Source of the DNA: Alloascoidea hylecoeti
Lineage: Eukaryota
Assembly: GCA_001600815.1 (NCBI GenBank)
Contig: BCKZ01000014.1
Coordinates: forward strand, 1-64,000
Direction of reading: 5' to 3'
DNA: 64,000 bases
This document shows, piece after piece, positions 48,156 to 60,003 of the stretch; within the stretch, counting starts at the first letter, position 1, and each line of letters begins with the position of its first letter. The notes beneath the pieces were generated by a model, which searched no databases, was not told where the DNA came from, and saw only the letters and a list, made by a program, of their open reading frames with translations. Both the position numbers and the translations under genes were made by a program.

Positions 48156-49975
48156 TTTTGTATAATGTTTTTATATTTCGGAATATAATATTTATATTTT
48201 ATTTGGTACTAAGACAAAGAGTAAATACCTTATTTAATTGGGTCAGAGGAGTGATGATTTATATCAAGAAGGTGATGAGCAAATTTAAATGTACATGTAT
48301 TATAAAATGGATCTCTTTAAAATATTTTCACTGCGTAGATACAACTCCCGCTAGGATTAAATACCATTATTGAACTTGTTGCTACCATATTGATTCTTGA
48401 ACCTGTTTCTACCATGTTTGGGCTTATTCACTCAACCCGATTAACCTCTCTTAGATTGCATGGTTTCATTTGACTATTAAGTATCTCATCTAAACTTTGT
48501 AAGTTAAACGAACAAGATAAAGTCGGATTGGAAAATAGAAAGTAATCAATCATAAAATAGAATATTTAGCCCATATACATTCTAATATTTACTATTATAG
48601 TACTATTATTACCGATATATTATGGGTAATCATAAGAATACAAGTATGTAGCACAACTCTGTGACACAACTCTAAAAAATCAAACTCTAAAAAAATTTAC
48701 AGTAACCAATGAGAACGAATTAATTTGAAGAAGAAGAAGAAAAATTAATAAACGTGGGTAACCCAACGGGTACCATCGGGTAGTATTGGTAGCTATCAAT
48801 ATCTGGATAGCTAAATGATATCTCTTCATGGGCGCTTGACAAGCGGTAAGCATCAAAATGGCTGGTATGATACAATGAGATGCAAATAAATAGAGGATAA
48901 GAACAATATTTTGGGGTATTATTTGTGAGTAAAAAACCGAGATTAAGCATCATAGGTCGTTGGGTTTGGGGACATAAGGAATATTAATGGGAAGAAGAAA
49001 AAAGGATTTCTCTACTAGAAAGGATCGTTTTAAGTGAATCGATAAGATTGAAAACGGAAACTTTAAATACTTGAAATTCTTGAATATCCCTTAATATCCT
49101 AGAGAAAAAGATTTTCCTTTATGAATTATTTCTCGCAAACTATCTTTTTAACTGGTAATTAATCTCCACTATAATTTTAAGGAACCTAGCTATATTCTGA
49201 TCCCACTTTATCCAGGGCGTGTGTGCAGGCAATGTTCTATCAATAATAACTGATTATTTTCATTTTGTATTTTATTATTTCATGTTTTTCATTTGGAGGG
49301 TTTAAATGGAACTGAATCTTCATCACTACAATTTCTTTTATCAATGCTCAATGCTCAATGCTAGCTTTATCATGACGATCTGCATATGCATGTCAATATT
49401 TAGAATTTATTTAAAATAACTTAATATATATCCCAACTAACCATAAATATAGCTACACAATTCTTATATTTATCAAAATTTCAGAATATAGTCCGATCTT
49501 TGACGAGATAAAATTCTTTACTTTTTTGAGTAAAAATTGAGGTTTAGCATTGTCACATTTTAAAACTTCAAATGCTTTACCGCGGTTCCAATTCCATTCC
49601 ATAAGGCAGGTAGCGATAACAGGTTCATATGATTCATTGCAAAATTTAATTACACTCGATAAGTAGTTTATAGCAAGCTTGAACGGCTCTCTTTGTTAAC
49701 TACTCCGATTGTTATGACTCGACAAGATTGAATATTGTTTAATGGCTACTGGATCTAAATTGCAAAAAATGTAATACCACTGTATTTATATTTATAATTA
49801 TATATATGTTAAAAATAGGAATAAAATGTTAGATATAAAATTAAAAAATGGAGTATTCAAATACAAGAAAACTATAACCATAGATTGTATATAAAGGACA
49901 TAGTTACGATAATAAAAGGCTGAAGAGATATATTGTCGACATTATTTATTAATCTTAAATATAGATTCATAAGAT

Positions 49976-50597
49976 CTAGACATTTTCTTTATCAGTATTA
50001 TGATTTTTATGATCAACATTTTCTCCATCATCATCACTTTCTTCATCACCTTTTTCATTTTCTTCTTCTTTTTGATTCTCTTTATTTTTGTCTTCAATAT
50101 TATTTACAATTTTCCCTAAGTTTGCTGCAGCCACGGAACCAGTGGTATTTGTAACCACATTTTTTAGTAAAGCAGTACCTGCTTTCTCAGCAACCTTGAT
50201 ACCAATTAATTTTCCACCTTCTACAGTAAGNNNNNNNNNNNNNNNNNNNNNNNNNNNNNNNNNNNNNNNNNNNNNNNNNNNNNNNNNNNNNNNNNNNNNN
50301 NNNNNNNNNNNNNNNNNNNNNNNNNNNNNNNNNNNNNNNNNNNNNNNNNNNNNNNNNNNNNNNNNNNNNNNNNNNNNNNNNNNNNNNNNNNNNNNNNNNN
50401 NNNNNNNNNNNNNNNNNNNNNNNNNNNNNNCCAACAGCAACTGCGCCATCAAGAATAACTGCCGCTGGACAAAAAATATATTCTAAAGCGGTACCAATTA
50501 CCATCCCAACACCCGCAACAGCAACAACATTCTGTTCCGGCATTATAGCACCCGCAATAAAGGAACCGGCGGTTGACAAAATAAATCCAAGTACCAT
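49976..50597 (-). CDS. Glycine-zipper/amphipathic small-protein family, copy 3 (spans a 200-N assembly gap; acidic tail)
   Basis: Sequence on both sides of the gap is nearly identical to copy 4. The corresponding segment in copy 4 is 124 nt, so the apparent frame change is a gap-size artefact. Confidence 0.75.
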
Positions 50598-52014
50598 TTT
50601 TATAAATATATTTCTGAATATAATATGCTGCTTTTTATAATCTTAATGTGATCCAAAACAATGAGAACAAGAAACGTTAATTTTCTATGTTACCATTCTA
50701 GTTAGTTATGCAACTCATATATATCTACTATTGGAGTAATAAATTTAGAGCAAAGAGTAAATACCTTATTAGATTCTTGGGTTGAGCTGATGAAGAAATG
50801 TAGTATAAGTTGGAAACCTCTTTATATATATAGTATACCATAATCCAATTTATAATCATCGGCAATTGATGGCTTCATTAAAACTCTGTGGCCAATGGCT
50901 ACACCGACTATCACCCTTGGACGATGATTAAAAATTATATACATGGACCTATATTCAATTAACTGATAGGAGTTTCCGGATTGAGCAACAAAGATGATAA
51001 TTGAGAATAAAGCTGAAACAATTTTTTCGCGATTCATTGGCTATAACTAACTGATTAAGAATACTCTGGTTTCCGGACTTTGAACTCTGGATTAAATACC
51101 CTAATTGCATGATTTTATATTTACGCATATATTTGTAGGTGTTTGAATTTAAATATAGATAAACCAATTTGTTTATTATTATTATACTCTTTCATCCAGA
51201 CGACTGAAGAGGCCATTAGATCTTCAGAGTTTCAACCTTTACCTTATGTTGCTCTTGTGCCTCTCTCCTGAGTTTAACATTTTGAAAGCCCTGTACCATA
51301 AAGTAATTGAAGCTCCAGTAGAAGTTCATCATTATCTAATACAGACATCTTTTGATATATAAGCCTATATGATTACTTTTTATTTTTCTGTAAGTTATTA
51401 ATAATATAATAACTCCAATTCTATTGAGTCCCGATATTTGTTTGAAATATTAACAAACATAGGAGAATATGAGTATTAATAATGAGATATTCTATCCTGC
51501 AATATGTCTGAATGATTCCTCTTAATTTGGGTGAGATAAGCCATTAATCAAGTTAAGTCGTAGAATCGAATTCGATATAACTGTGACATATATTATTTAT
51601 CTGACCTAATTGCTTTACCAAACCACGACCCTAAAATCTCCAAATTCAATAAAATTGAGTGGTTAAATTTAAAATAATCAAAATATATGATATACGGCAT
51701 CTTATTAACCAATCTTTGCTTTGCTCATGTTCTTGATCATATTCAGTTTATTGTAACATTCTGCATATGCATGATCAATATTAGGAATTAAGGGAGGAGT
51801 GTATGGGAAGTAAACCAGAAAAGATAATTTGCCCACAACCACGAAATTAAAATTAGTATTGGCCGAAATTTAGTCAACGTCTAGATAAAGTGTTTTATAT
51901 TTGGAATAAAAGTTTTAAGTTAAATTAGTAATTAATTGACATCAGTTCGTCGTAGCGTGTAACTCTAACAACAAGATCTTATAAGTAATTTATAACCACC
52001 TGGTGATAGATTCC

Positions 52015-52443
52015 TTAAGATCTATTTTTTATTCTTCCTAAATTTGCCGCGACCACAGAACCAGTGGTATTTGTAACCACATTTTTTAGTAAAGCAGTAC
52101 CTGCTTTCTCAGCAACCTTGATACCAATTAATTTTCCACCTTCTACAGTAAGTAAAGACTTCCCAACTTGAATCACTCCGTTTCTAATAACTGCTTGCTG
52201 AACAACGTTTTTTGCAACCGATTGTGCCGATTTGATGCCAACCAACTTCCCACCTTGTGCTATCGCTACTGAGCTCCCAACAGCAACTGCGCCATCAAGA
52301 ATAACTGCCGCTGGACAAAAAATATATTCTAAAGCGGTACCAATTACCATCCCAACACCCGCAACAGCAACNACATTCTGTTCCGGCATTATAGCACCCG
52401 CAATAAAGGAACCGGCGGTTGACAAAATAAATCCAAGTACCAT
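52015..52443 (-). CDS. Glycine-zipper/amphipathic small-protein family, copy 4 (142 aa, no tail)
   Basis: Intact ORF MVLGFILSTAGSFIAGAIMP...NLGRIKNRS. Confidence 0.8.
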   Translation of the reverse strand: MVLGFILSTAGSFIAGAIMPEQNXVAVAGVGMVIGTALEYIFCPAAVILDGAVAVGSSVAIAQGGKLVGIKSAQSVAKNVVQQAVIRNGVIQVGKSLLTVEGGKLIGIKVAEKAGTALLKNVVTNTTGSVVAANLGRIKNRS

Positions 52444-53222
52444 TTTTATGAATATGTTTCTGAATATAATATGCTGCTTTTTATAATTTTAAATCAATGA
52501 GAACAAGAAGCGCTAATTTCCTATGTTGCCATTCTAGTTGGTTATTTAATTCATATGGGTAATCCGAATAATGCAATGAGTAAATACCTAATTAGATTTT
52601 CGGCTTGAGCTGATGAAGAAGTGTATAGCGTAGTTGGATACCACTCTCTATAGTTGTATATCGAAGGAAATTCTTGTGTTTTTACTAGCTTAAGAAGTGA
52701 AAATATATGTAGTATTGAGAACTATGTGTGCTAGTCACGTGGTATTCTTTATCTAGCTAATTGGTTCACCAGACAACGACTATAATCCGGAGTAATACAA
52801 TTAAATAGTTGAATTTGAAATAATCAAAATACCAAATGTAGATCTAGATAAATTAATCTTTGCTTCCATTTGCTCATGTTCATATTATTGATATGCATAT
52901 ATATATTTAGTTTATCGTAATATTCAACATATGCATTATCAATACTAGGAACTATCTTATCGAATGCATTATTACATATTTGCTCATTTAAACTAAGTGC
53001 ACAATCAACCATTACAGTTTTACTTCTCTAGTAATTGATAGATATCGACATCGAAATAAAATATATCATAATTTTAGATTTTAGAATATACTTTGATGAG
53101 ATCGAAATAAACTTTTAATCTAAAGAATATACAATAATAATTTATAATTCCAATGTCATTTTCCACCATAATTATGAGCTTATATAATATAAGGCTTATA
53201 TAATTATAAGCACCTAAATGTA

Positions 53223-53780
53223 TTATAATTTTGAAATAACGGCTTCAGCACCACTAACACCAACCTCTCTTCCACTTTCCACTCCTAAATAACTAACAAC
53301 ACTATCCTTAACAATCATTGCGAATCTTTTAGTTCTAATTCCCATTCCTCTAGCAGTTCCATCTTGACTTAATCCTAATTTTTTACACCATTCAGCATTT
53401 GGATCAGATAAAAATAATAATCGATTTTTAATTTCTGATTTTAATGTTACTTCTTTTGTTAATGCTTTACCCCATGCATTTAAAACAAAAGCATCATTTG
53501 AACTAATTATAAGAATTTCATCAATACCTTTTGAAAAAATTTTATGAATGTTTTGAATTTCAAGAAATTGAGGAATATGTTGTTCTGTACATGTTGGAGT
53601 GAAAGCACCAGGAACTGCTACAATTAAAATACTTCGATTTGGGAAATGTTCATCAGTTTTATAAGTTATTGGTAAACCACAAGATAAGATATCATCATTA
53701 TGATCTGTGGGTGAAGAAGGAGGAACGTAAGTGAATTTCGTTGATGGTAAAGTATCACCGATTTTAATTGATGGAGACAT
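53223..53780 (-). CDS. PMP20: Peroxisomal peroxiredoxin (Prx5 class, Pmp20/Ahp1)
   Basis: 185 aa; VPGAFTPTCTEQH active site, NDAFVLNAWG and RTKRFAMIV; C-terminal SKL PTS1. Confidence 0.93.
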   Translation of the reverse strand: MSPSIKIGDTLPSTKFTYVPPSSPTDHNDDILSCGLPITYKTDEHFPNRSILIVAVPGAFTPTCTEQHIPQFLEIQNIHKIFSKGIDEILIISSNDAFVLNAWGKALTKEVTLKSEIKNRLLFLSDPNAEWCKKLGLSQDGTARGMGIRTKRFAMIVKDSVVSYLGVESGREVGVSGAEAVISKL

Positions 53781-56471
53781 TAAAGAAATGATTTAATTGG
53801 TAACGGGAAAGTTGGTGGATGTAATAAGATTCTTATAATGAGCTATTTCAGGACCCCGGAATATACCCCATATCAGTTCCGGGTTAAATTATTCAAACCT
53901 TAATTATTACAAGGTATTACTTTATTGACCCCCCAATTATAATCCCATATGCATTAATATACTGTAGAACGATTTCGGTCGCTTCTAGAGTTCCACGAAA
54001 CGAGATTTAACGTAGTTGTAATTCTAAAAAGAATCTCCAACCAATTAAGCAGAATGAGATAAGAAATTTGAATAAACATCGATTGCTGAAGTAGACAGAA
54101 GTGTTAATATTAATCCAACTACGCGGTTCATTGTAAAGATAGACTCTAACAATTCTTCTGGAATAACACCTCCTCGAACAAAGGAGCCTAAAATTCTTTC
54201 TGAAAGGGCAATAAATCAAATCTTGAGGGTTTAAAAGATTCCTTTGAATACATTTGAGGAGTAATATTTTGGGTGACTAGACTTCTTTGAATATTGACTT
54301 TGAGTGAGATTTAAGAGTCTGAGTTTAAAAGACTGGGCAATCGCTTGATCTGATTACAAGTTATTTTTATGCTAAAGATTACAAGATTAAAAAATCTACA
54401 TTTTCTTATATATTATCCAGTGGAGATTGTGATGATTAAACTGGGGCTGTACTTTCGTGTCACCACTTCACATAAAAATGGGAACATTATAACCATTTAC
54501 CGGGTCTTCTAAAAGGCCTTCAGAAATTTCACTACATACTCGGTATGTAGTATTAGCGCTCATATAATATAACATCATACTGTAGGAGTCATGGAGTATT
54601 ACGATCTTGAGCCACTTTTTACAATGCAGTAAAACCTCTTTTCCTTACGATCATACGTACAGATCCAGACCTTCGGGTACAGTATTCTATATATGTTTTG
54701 TTTTTAAAGGCTGGGACTGAGTTTCATAGAACACACAGTGACACACAATCATGTAAATCAAATGTTGGTAATCATTTTCTGACTACTTTAGAGATACCAA
54801 TTTTCAGCAAGACATCTTATTTTTTCTTTTAGATTTCAACAGCGAAAAATATAAATTTGTTCTTATTCTCATTTTCATTCTTTAAAGTCCTCGCACTTGT
54901 AATCTAAATTACTAGTGATAATTCAATCGCAAAACTTTTGAGTTACTACTATTTTGAAGTAATGGGATTGGTCGGACAACTTTATAAATCTCATCAAATC
55001 TCACTTTTCAATACTGCGCTTCCATTAAAAACGTATCATACCATTCGATGAACATAGATCCATCATATGATGACCATATGACGCTTTCCAGTTTGCACTT
55101 GTACTTGTGCTTACTTGAATGAAATATATGTGTTTATGCTTATCCAGAATCGGAAACTAGTCACTGGTTCCTAAAGGCTTGATAATAGCAGGTTCTAAGG
55201 TGTTTAAAATGAATTCAAGATGATATATATAATGTATTACAATTAGACTATTTACTATAAGTGAGCGTAACTTCAAGCAATCTCCTCGTGTTATACTACA
55301 TGTTCTTTAAAATTAACGGGATCATGGTAAGAGTCAGAATCAGAGGTAGAACTATCATCCACATTGGACTTATAGTGATCAATATCCTAATCATCAAAAT
55401 ATGAGTGGGAATATGCATCAATTGTACCATTCGGAACTAATTCTTCATTATAATACACTTTATCTTAACTATGATGCAAATAATCATTATCTTACAATTG
55501 ATCATCAATTCCAAAGCTTGAAAAATGTTCAGAAGTATCATTAGCGTAGGCCTTAATCGATTATAACAAACCTCTTATTTATATGAGTAGATCTACAGAT
55601 GCTGCTACTTTTTCAAGGGACGCTGCCGTTTTGGGTTATGTAAATCTGAGATTAATTTGGCTTATTTAACAAAATTTCATATATAATGATTAGGTATTCA
55701 CCTAAATATATAACAGTCACTTACCCTTTCTTTTGGCGAATCTTTCAGCTCAAAAGGAGCTTAGAATTTGGTATAGATAGCCTTATAAGTATTCAAAAGA
55801 ATGGACAAACGTTAGCGCATCAATCGGCCCGTTACGAGGGCGAAAGGGCAGCGTCCGTAGACATCCACTATTTATATAGGTATATTGTATTATCATAATA
55901 CTTGAAAGAAGTGATAATCACATCAAATTTAATTATGTATAATTCTGGGTTCGATATTTCTTTCGAATATTGAAATATATCCTAGCTATAGAGTTACGCA
56001 TAATATCACTACTTATCAGTACTGGTGAATCATTCAATTTATGAAATATTAATGGAAAATCACAGTCATAAAATTTTCTTTAATATTAATATTTTAAAAG
56101 GCAATAATTCAAGAATAGGAGCATCCAAATATAAATCATCTTCAAATTCTAAGTTTATATTTTTCGAAATTCACAATGAGTTAATTAGCTTTTTGGCGTA
56201 ACGGCTAGATAAAGGCATTTGACAGGAAGTTATTTTGTATGCAATTATGAACATGTTTATAAATCATAAACTATTTCAGCAAAAAATTTGGTAATTGACC
56301 ATGGATATCATCTTATTGAGCTTGATTTTCGATTTCAGACAAAACTGCTAATTAACAACTATAATATCCTAAGCTTATAGCTAAATTTTCTAAGCCTATT
56401 TTCCACTTTTGCAACCGCAATTGGGATTTATTTTTAAAAAAGATCTAGAGTAATGATGATATAGTATCAGG

Positions 56472-57561
56472 TACAGTATTGTCATATTTTATTGCAATTA
56501 ATGAACAAATAAATTTATTATTGGAATAATCGTTAGTTAAATAGTGGACTAATAAAACTCAAAAGATTAGTATATGTATTCCAATAAAGAAATAGTCTGC
56601 TTTACTCGCAACATAATTTTTTTATAAGCTTCTCAATTTTTTTTTTTTTGAACCCTAATATCTTTCGATTTCCCATCAAAATCAAGTTTTTCATACCAAT
56701 GCACTTCAATACCTGTTCTGAATTGAATGCTGATATATGGCTAATAGCGAATTTTAAAAAACAACCATTGAATACTCTACAAGGCCTTAAAGTATTAATA
56801 AAATAGTTCATAATGTTCCTTAAATTCTAGAGATTCTATTAGATTATATAAAAAATGAAGTCAATATTTTAAATATAGAGTTGGCACCCCTAACGCCATA
56901 GACGACTCACATCCTACAAGCCATATGAATGGAGTTAATCAGCTTATCTTTGATACCCTGATCCATATCAGCCCAAATTTTCAAAAGAGATCTTCCTTCC
57001 TTTCTGTACCATATGGTAGGCACATAATTGGAATTCCAGCCTTGTGATGAACTATTTTAAGGAGGTTCCATATGTGCTCGAGTGGATTCAGATCTGGCGA
57101 AAAAGGCGGCCACTCCAAAACCTCTTTCAAAAAACAATCCATCGTGATTCCAGCTCTTATAGATAGGTCTGTCATCCTGCTTGAATATGATAAACTTATT
57201 AATTTTATAAAAGGTCACTTCCAGAAGATTTATGTAGGAAAGTGGAGTGGCTCACTTTTTTCTGATACCACTCTACACAATGAAATACCACCCCTCCTAA
57301 ATTCCATCTTATACCATAAGACTCGAATTTCGATATGTTAGAAATAATTTTTGGTTCAAGGGCCTAGTCTGACTGTTGTCGAGGAAATACATTCCCAGAC
57401 CCTGATTCTGCAGCGCCCTAATATTCTTTATTATATACACCACCCCAAACGACATGAGACTAGCCTAAGACCATATCATTCTCTTCCTTTGGTTACAGCC
57501 TTTTACATACTGAACATTTTACGTTTTTTAGAAGGGTTATTTGGAGTGATATAATACTGTA
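56472..57561 (-). mobile_element. Degenerate Tc1/mariner (IS630-Tc1) DNA transposon with transposase relic
   Basis: LEWPPFSPDLNPLEHIWNLLK (56981..57175) is the Tc1 DDE third-acid motif; upstream IRVWECIS resembles VMVWGCIS. Region flanked by TA-CAGTATT at 56472 (+) and 57561 (-); the terminal match is only short. Confidence 0.8.
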
Positions 57562-57835
57562 GAGAGAAGCGCTGACAAGAAAATTAAATGATAATGACAA
57601 TCCAAACACCATTTATAATTTCAATTAATGTATAATATATAGTATTGTTGTTAGTACAAAGATAAAAAACTCTAGCTATAGATATAGATATAGATATAAT
57701 TTTTAAATATAATAAAAGAATGAATATAGATAATAATTATGAAATAAATAATATAATTCAAATTGCAAAACTAACCAAAGAATTAAAAAGAGCAAAAATA
57801 AACAAATAGAAAATAAATAAAAATATAAATGATAA

Positions 57836-59356
57836 TCAATTTAATGATAATTTAATTTGAACTTGATCCGGTTTTTCTTTATCTGACATAGCTACATCAT
57901 CATCATCATCATCATCATCGTCGTCGTCGTCGTCGTCATCATCATCATCAGTATCATTACCATTTCTATCATTATTATTATCATCATTATTATCATCATT
58001 ATTATCATCATTATCATCATCATCATCATTTGGATAACCACCTAATTTCATAATAATTTTATCAACAATTTCATTCCAATCCATCATACCACCCATACCA
58101 ATATCACCAAAACTACCAACAACTTTTTCACTTGGTCTTAAAACTTCAATCCATTTCATTTCATTTTTAATAATATTAATATGTTTTTTAGTAATTGGAT
58201 TCCCATAACTATAACTAATCATACTTGGAGCAATTAAAATTGGATATTGAATATTCCAAGCTCTTATAACATTAGTTAATAAATTATCACATAAACCAAT
58301 TGCAATTTTACTTAAAGTATTAGCAGTTAATGGAACAATTACTAAAATATCAGCCCATCTTCTTAATTCAATATGAATTACAGGATCTGATCGATTTTTC
58401 CATGTTAACCATTCATCAGAATCTTTCCATATTGTAATAAAATTTGGAATTTCTAATTTTGATATAAAATATTCTGCAGATGTTGTTAAAATTAATTGAA
58501 TTGATATTTTATCATGACCATAAATTTCAATTAATTTATTTATAATTAAACGAATTTTTAAAATTGATGGGGAGCCTGTTGACGCTAATAAAATATGAAT
58601 TTTACCATCATCTTGTAATCTTGGATCTGAATTTGAACCAATTTCACTTATTTTACCATTACCATTGGCGTTAATTTTGCCATTTCCATTACCATTGGCA
58701 TTACCATTGGCATTACCATTGGCATTACCATTTCCATTTCCATTTCCATTTCCGTTACCATTTCCATTACCAATACCATTTATATTTCCATTTGTGTTAC
58801 TATTAGTATAATTTGACATTGAAGGGTTTGTATTAGTTGAACTTAAAGAAGATACAGAAGTTTGACCTTCTAATAATTCAGCAATTGAACGATTTCCACG
58901 TTCATTTAAATTATTACTCCCACTACCACTACGAGAACGATTTTTTGCATGAGCAACTGTTTCATCAATGAAAAAATGAGCATGAACAGAAGGAGTTTTT
59001 TGATGTTTTTTTGGTACAAATAATTGATCAGAATTTGAATTTGACTTTGAATTTGAATTTGAATATGAATTTGAATTTGAATTTGAATTTGAATTTGAGT
59101 TTAATGTTGATGAATCTAGCAAATTTGATTGTTCTAATTGTTCAGTTATTTCTTCTTGTTGTTTGTGTAATAAGGCACCTCCAGCAGGAACCGTTTCTCG
59201 TGTAGTGTTGCTACTTGTATTTAATGAAGGGATTTGTTGATTATTACCATTAACAGGTTTTAATATTGATGAAGGGGACGCCATTGAAGAATTTGACTGA
59301 GAATTTGGTTGAGAATTATTTAAATCAGTATTAATATTAATATTAGAATGAGACAT
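57836..59356 (-). CDS. SIS2: Phosphopantothenoylcysteine decarboxylase subunit / Ppz1 inhibitor, Hal3/Sis2 type
   Basis: HILLASTGS, HIELRRWADIL and PLTANTLSKIA flavoprotein motifs. Catalytic His kept but Asn/Cys absent (PSMI, GSFGDIGMGGM), as in Hal3/Vhs3 rather than Cab3. Poly-D tail; first ATG at 59356. Confidence 0.88.
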   Translation of the reverse strand: MSHSNININTDLNNSQPNSQSNSSMASPSSILKPVNGNNQQIPSLNTSSNTTRETVPAGGALLHKQQEEITEQLEQSNLLDSSTLNSNSNSNSNSNSYSNSNSKSNSNSDQLFVPKKHQKTPSVHAHFFIDETVAHAKNRSRSGSGSNNLNERGNRSIAELLEGQTSVSSLSSTNTNPSMSNYTNSNTNGNINGIGNGNGNGNGNGNGNGNANGNANGNANGNGNGKINANGNGKISEIGSNSDPRLQDDGKIHILLASTGSPSILKIRLIINKLIEIYGHDKISIQLILTTSAEYFISKLEIPNFITIWKDSDEWLTWKNRSDPVIHIELRRWADILVIVPLTANTLSKIAIGLCDNLLTNVIRAWNIQYPILIAPSMISYSYGNPITKKHINIIKNEMKWIEVLRPSEKVVGSFGDIGMGGMMDWNEIVDKIIMKLGGYPNDDDDDNDDNNDDNNDDNNNDRNGNDTDDDDDDDDDDDDDDDDDDVAMSDKEKPDQVQIKLSLN

Positions 59357-59693
59357 CTTTTTTTCAAATAGGCCTGGGGAAAACACGTGGTTTGAGGGTT
59401 TTGAATTGCTGTCGATTGTTTAAAAAGAAGACATTTTTGCATTTTTGCAAAAAATAAATATCTCAAACCGCCAAGAAGCAGGGTAACACCGGTCACATGC
59501 GCAGTGCGAAATGTTACGTAATCGTCGATCACATGATGTATCTTCACACGCATCAGACTTCCCGATTGGGTTAAGCTATCCGTATTGAGCTTATCGCGTG
59601 TGGGATTACCAAATACATACAAAGGAATATATATATGCCCGTCTTTCTCTTCAGTTTCATTCTCATTTTCTTCATCTGCATATTTATTCAACA

Positions 59694-59956
59694 ATGGATT
59701 CTCGCTCAAAATCGTCAAGCTGCTGTTCCAAAAAGGCCCACTTACATCCATATTCATCAACCGCCAACGTTAAATCTACCGTGGTGAGTACTAGTGCTTC
59801 AAGTTCAAAAGGTCCTGTTTCTTGTTGTGCTTCCCGTTGTACTTGTGGTGTTAATTGTAAGTGTGATCATAATTGCCAAACTACAAAGTATGTATATTTT
59901 TTTTATTTTGTGTTTATATGAATATGACTAACTAATTAACAACTTCTAGATTATAA
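59694..59956 (+). CDS. Small cysteine-rich metallothionein-like protein (66 aa; intron 59888-59949)
   Basis: MDSRSKSSSCCSKK...SCCASRCTCGVNCKCDHNCQTTKL with 9 Cys in CC/CxC motifs; GTATGT...ACTAAC...TAG intron; TATA-like ATATATAT ~60 bp upstream. Confidence 0.75.
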
Positions 59957-60003
59957 AATATAAAAATGTATTTAATGAAATAAATAGTTTAATCATCAAT
60001 AAA

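Noticed and set aside
53970..54300. Second Gag-like relic (FIALSERILG...IPEELLESIF, minus strand)
   Set aside because: Short and interrupted by stops; resemblance too weak to call without a profile search.
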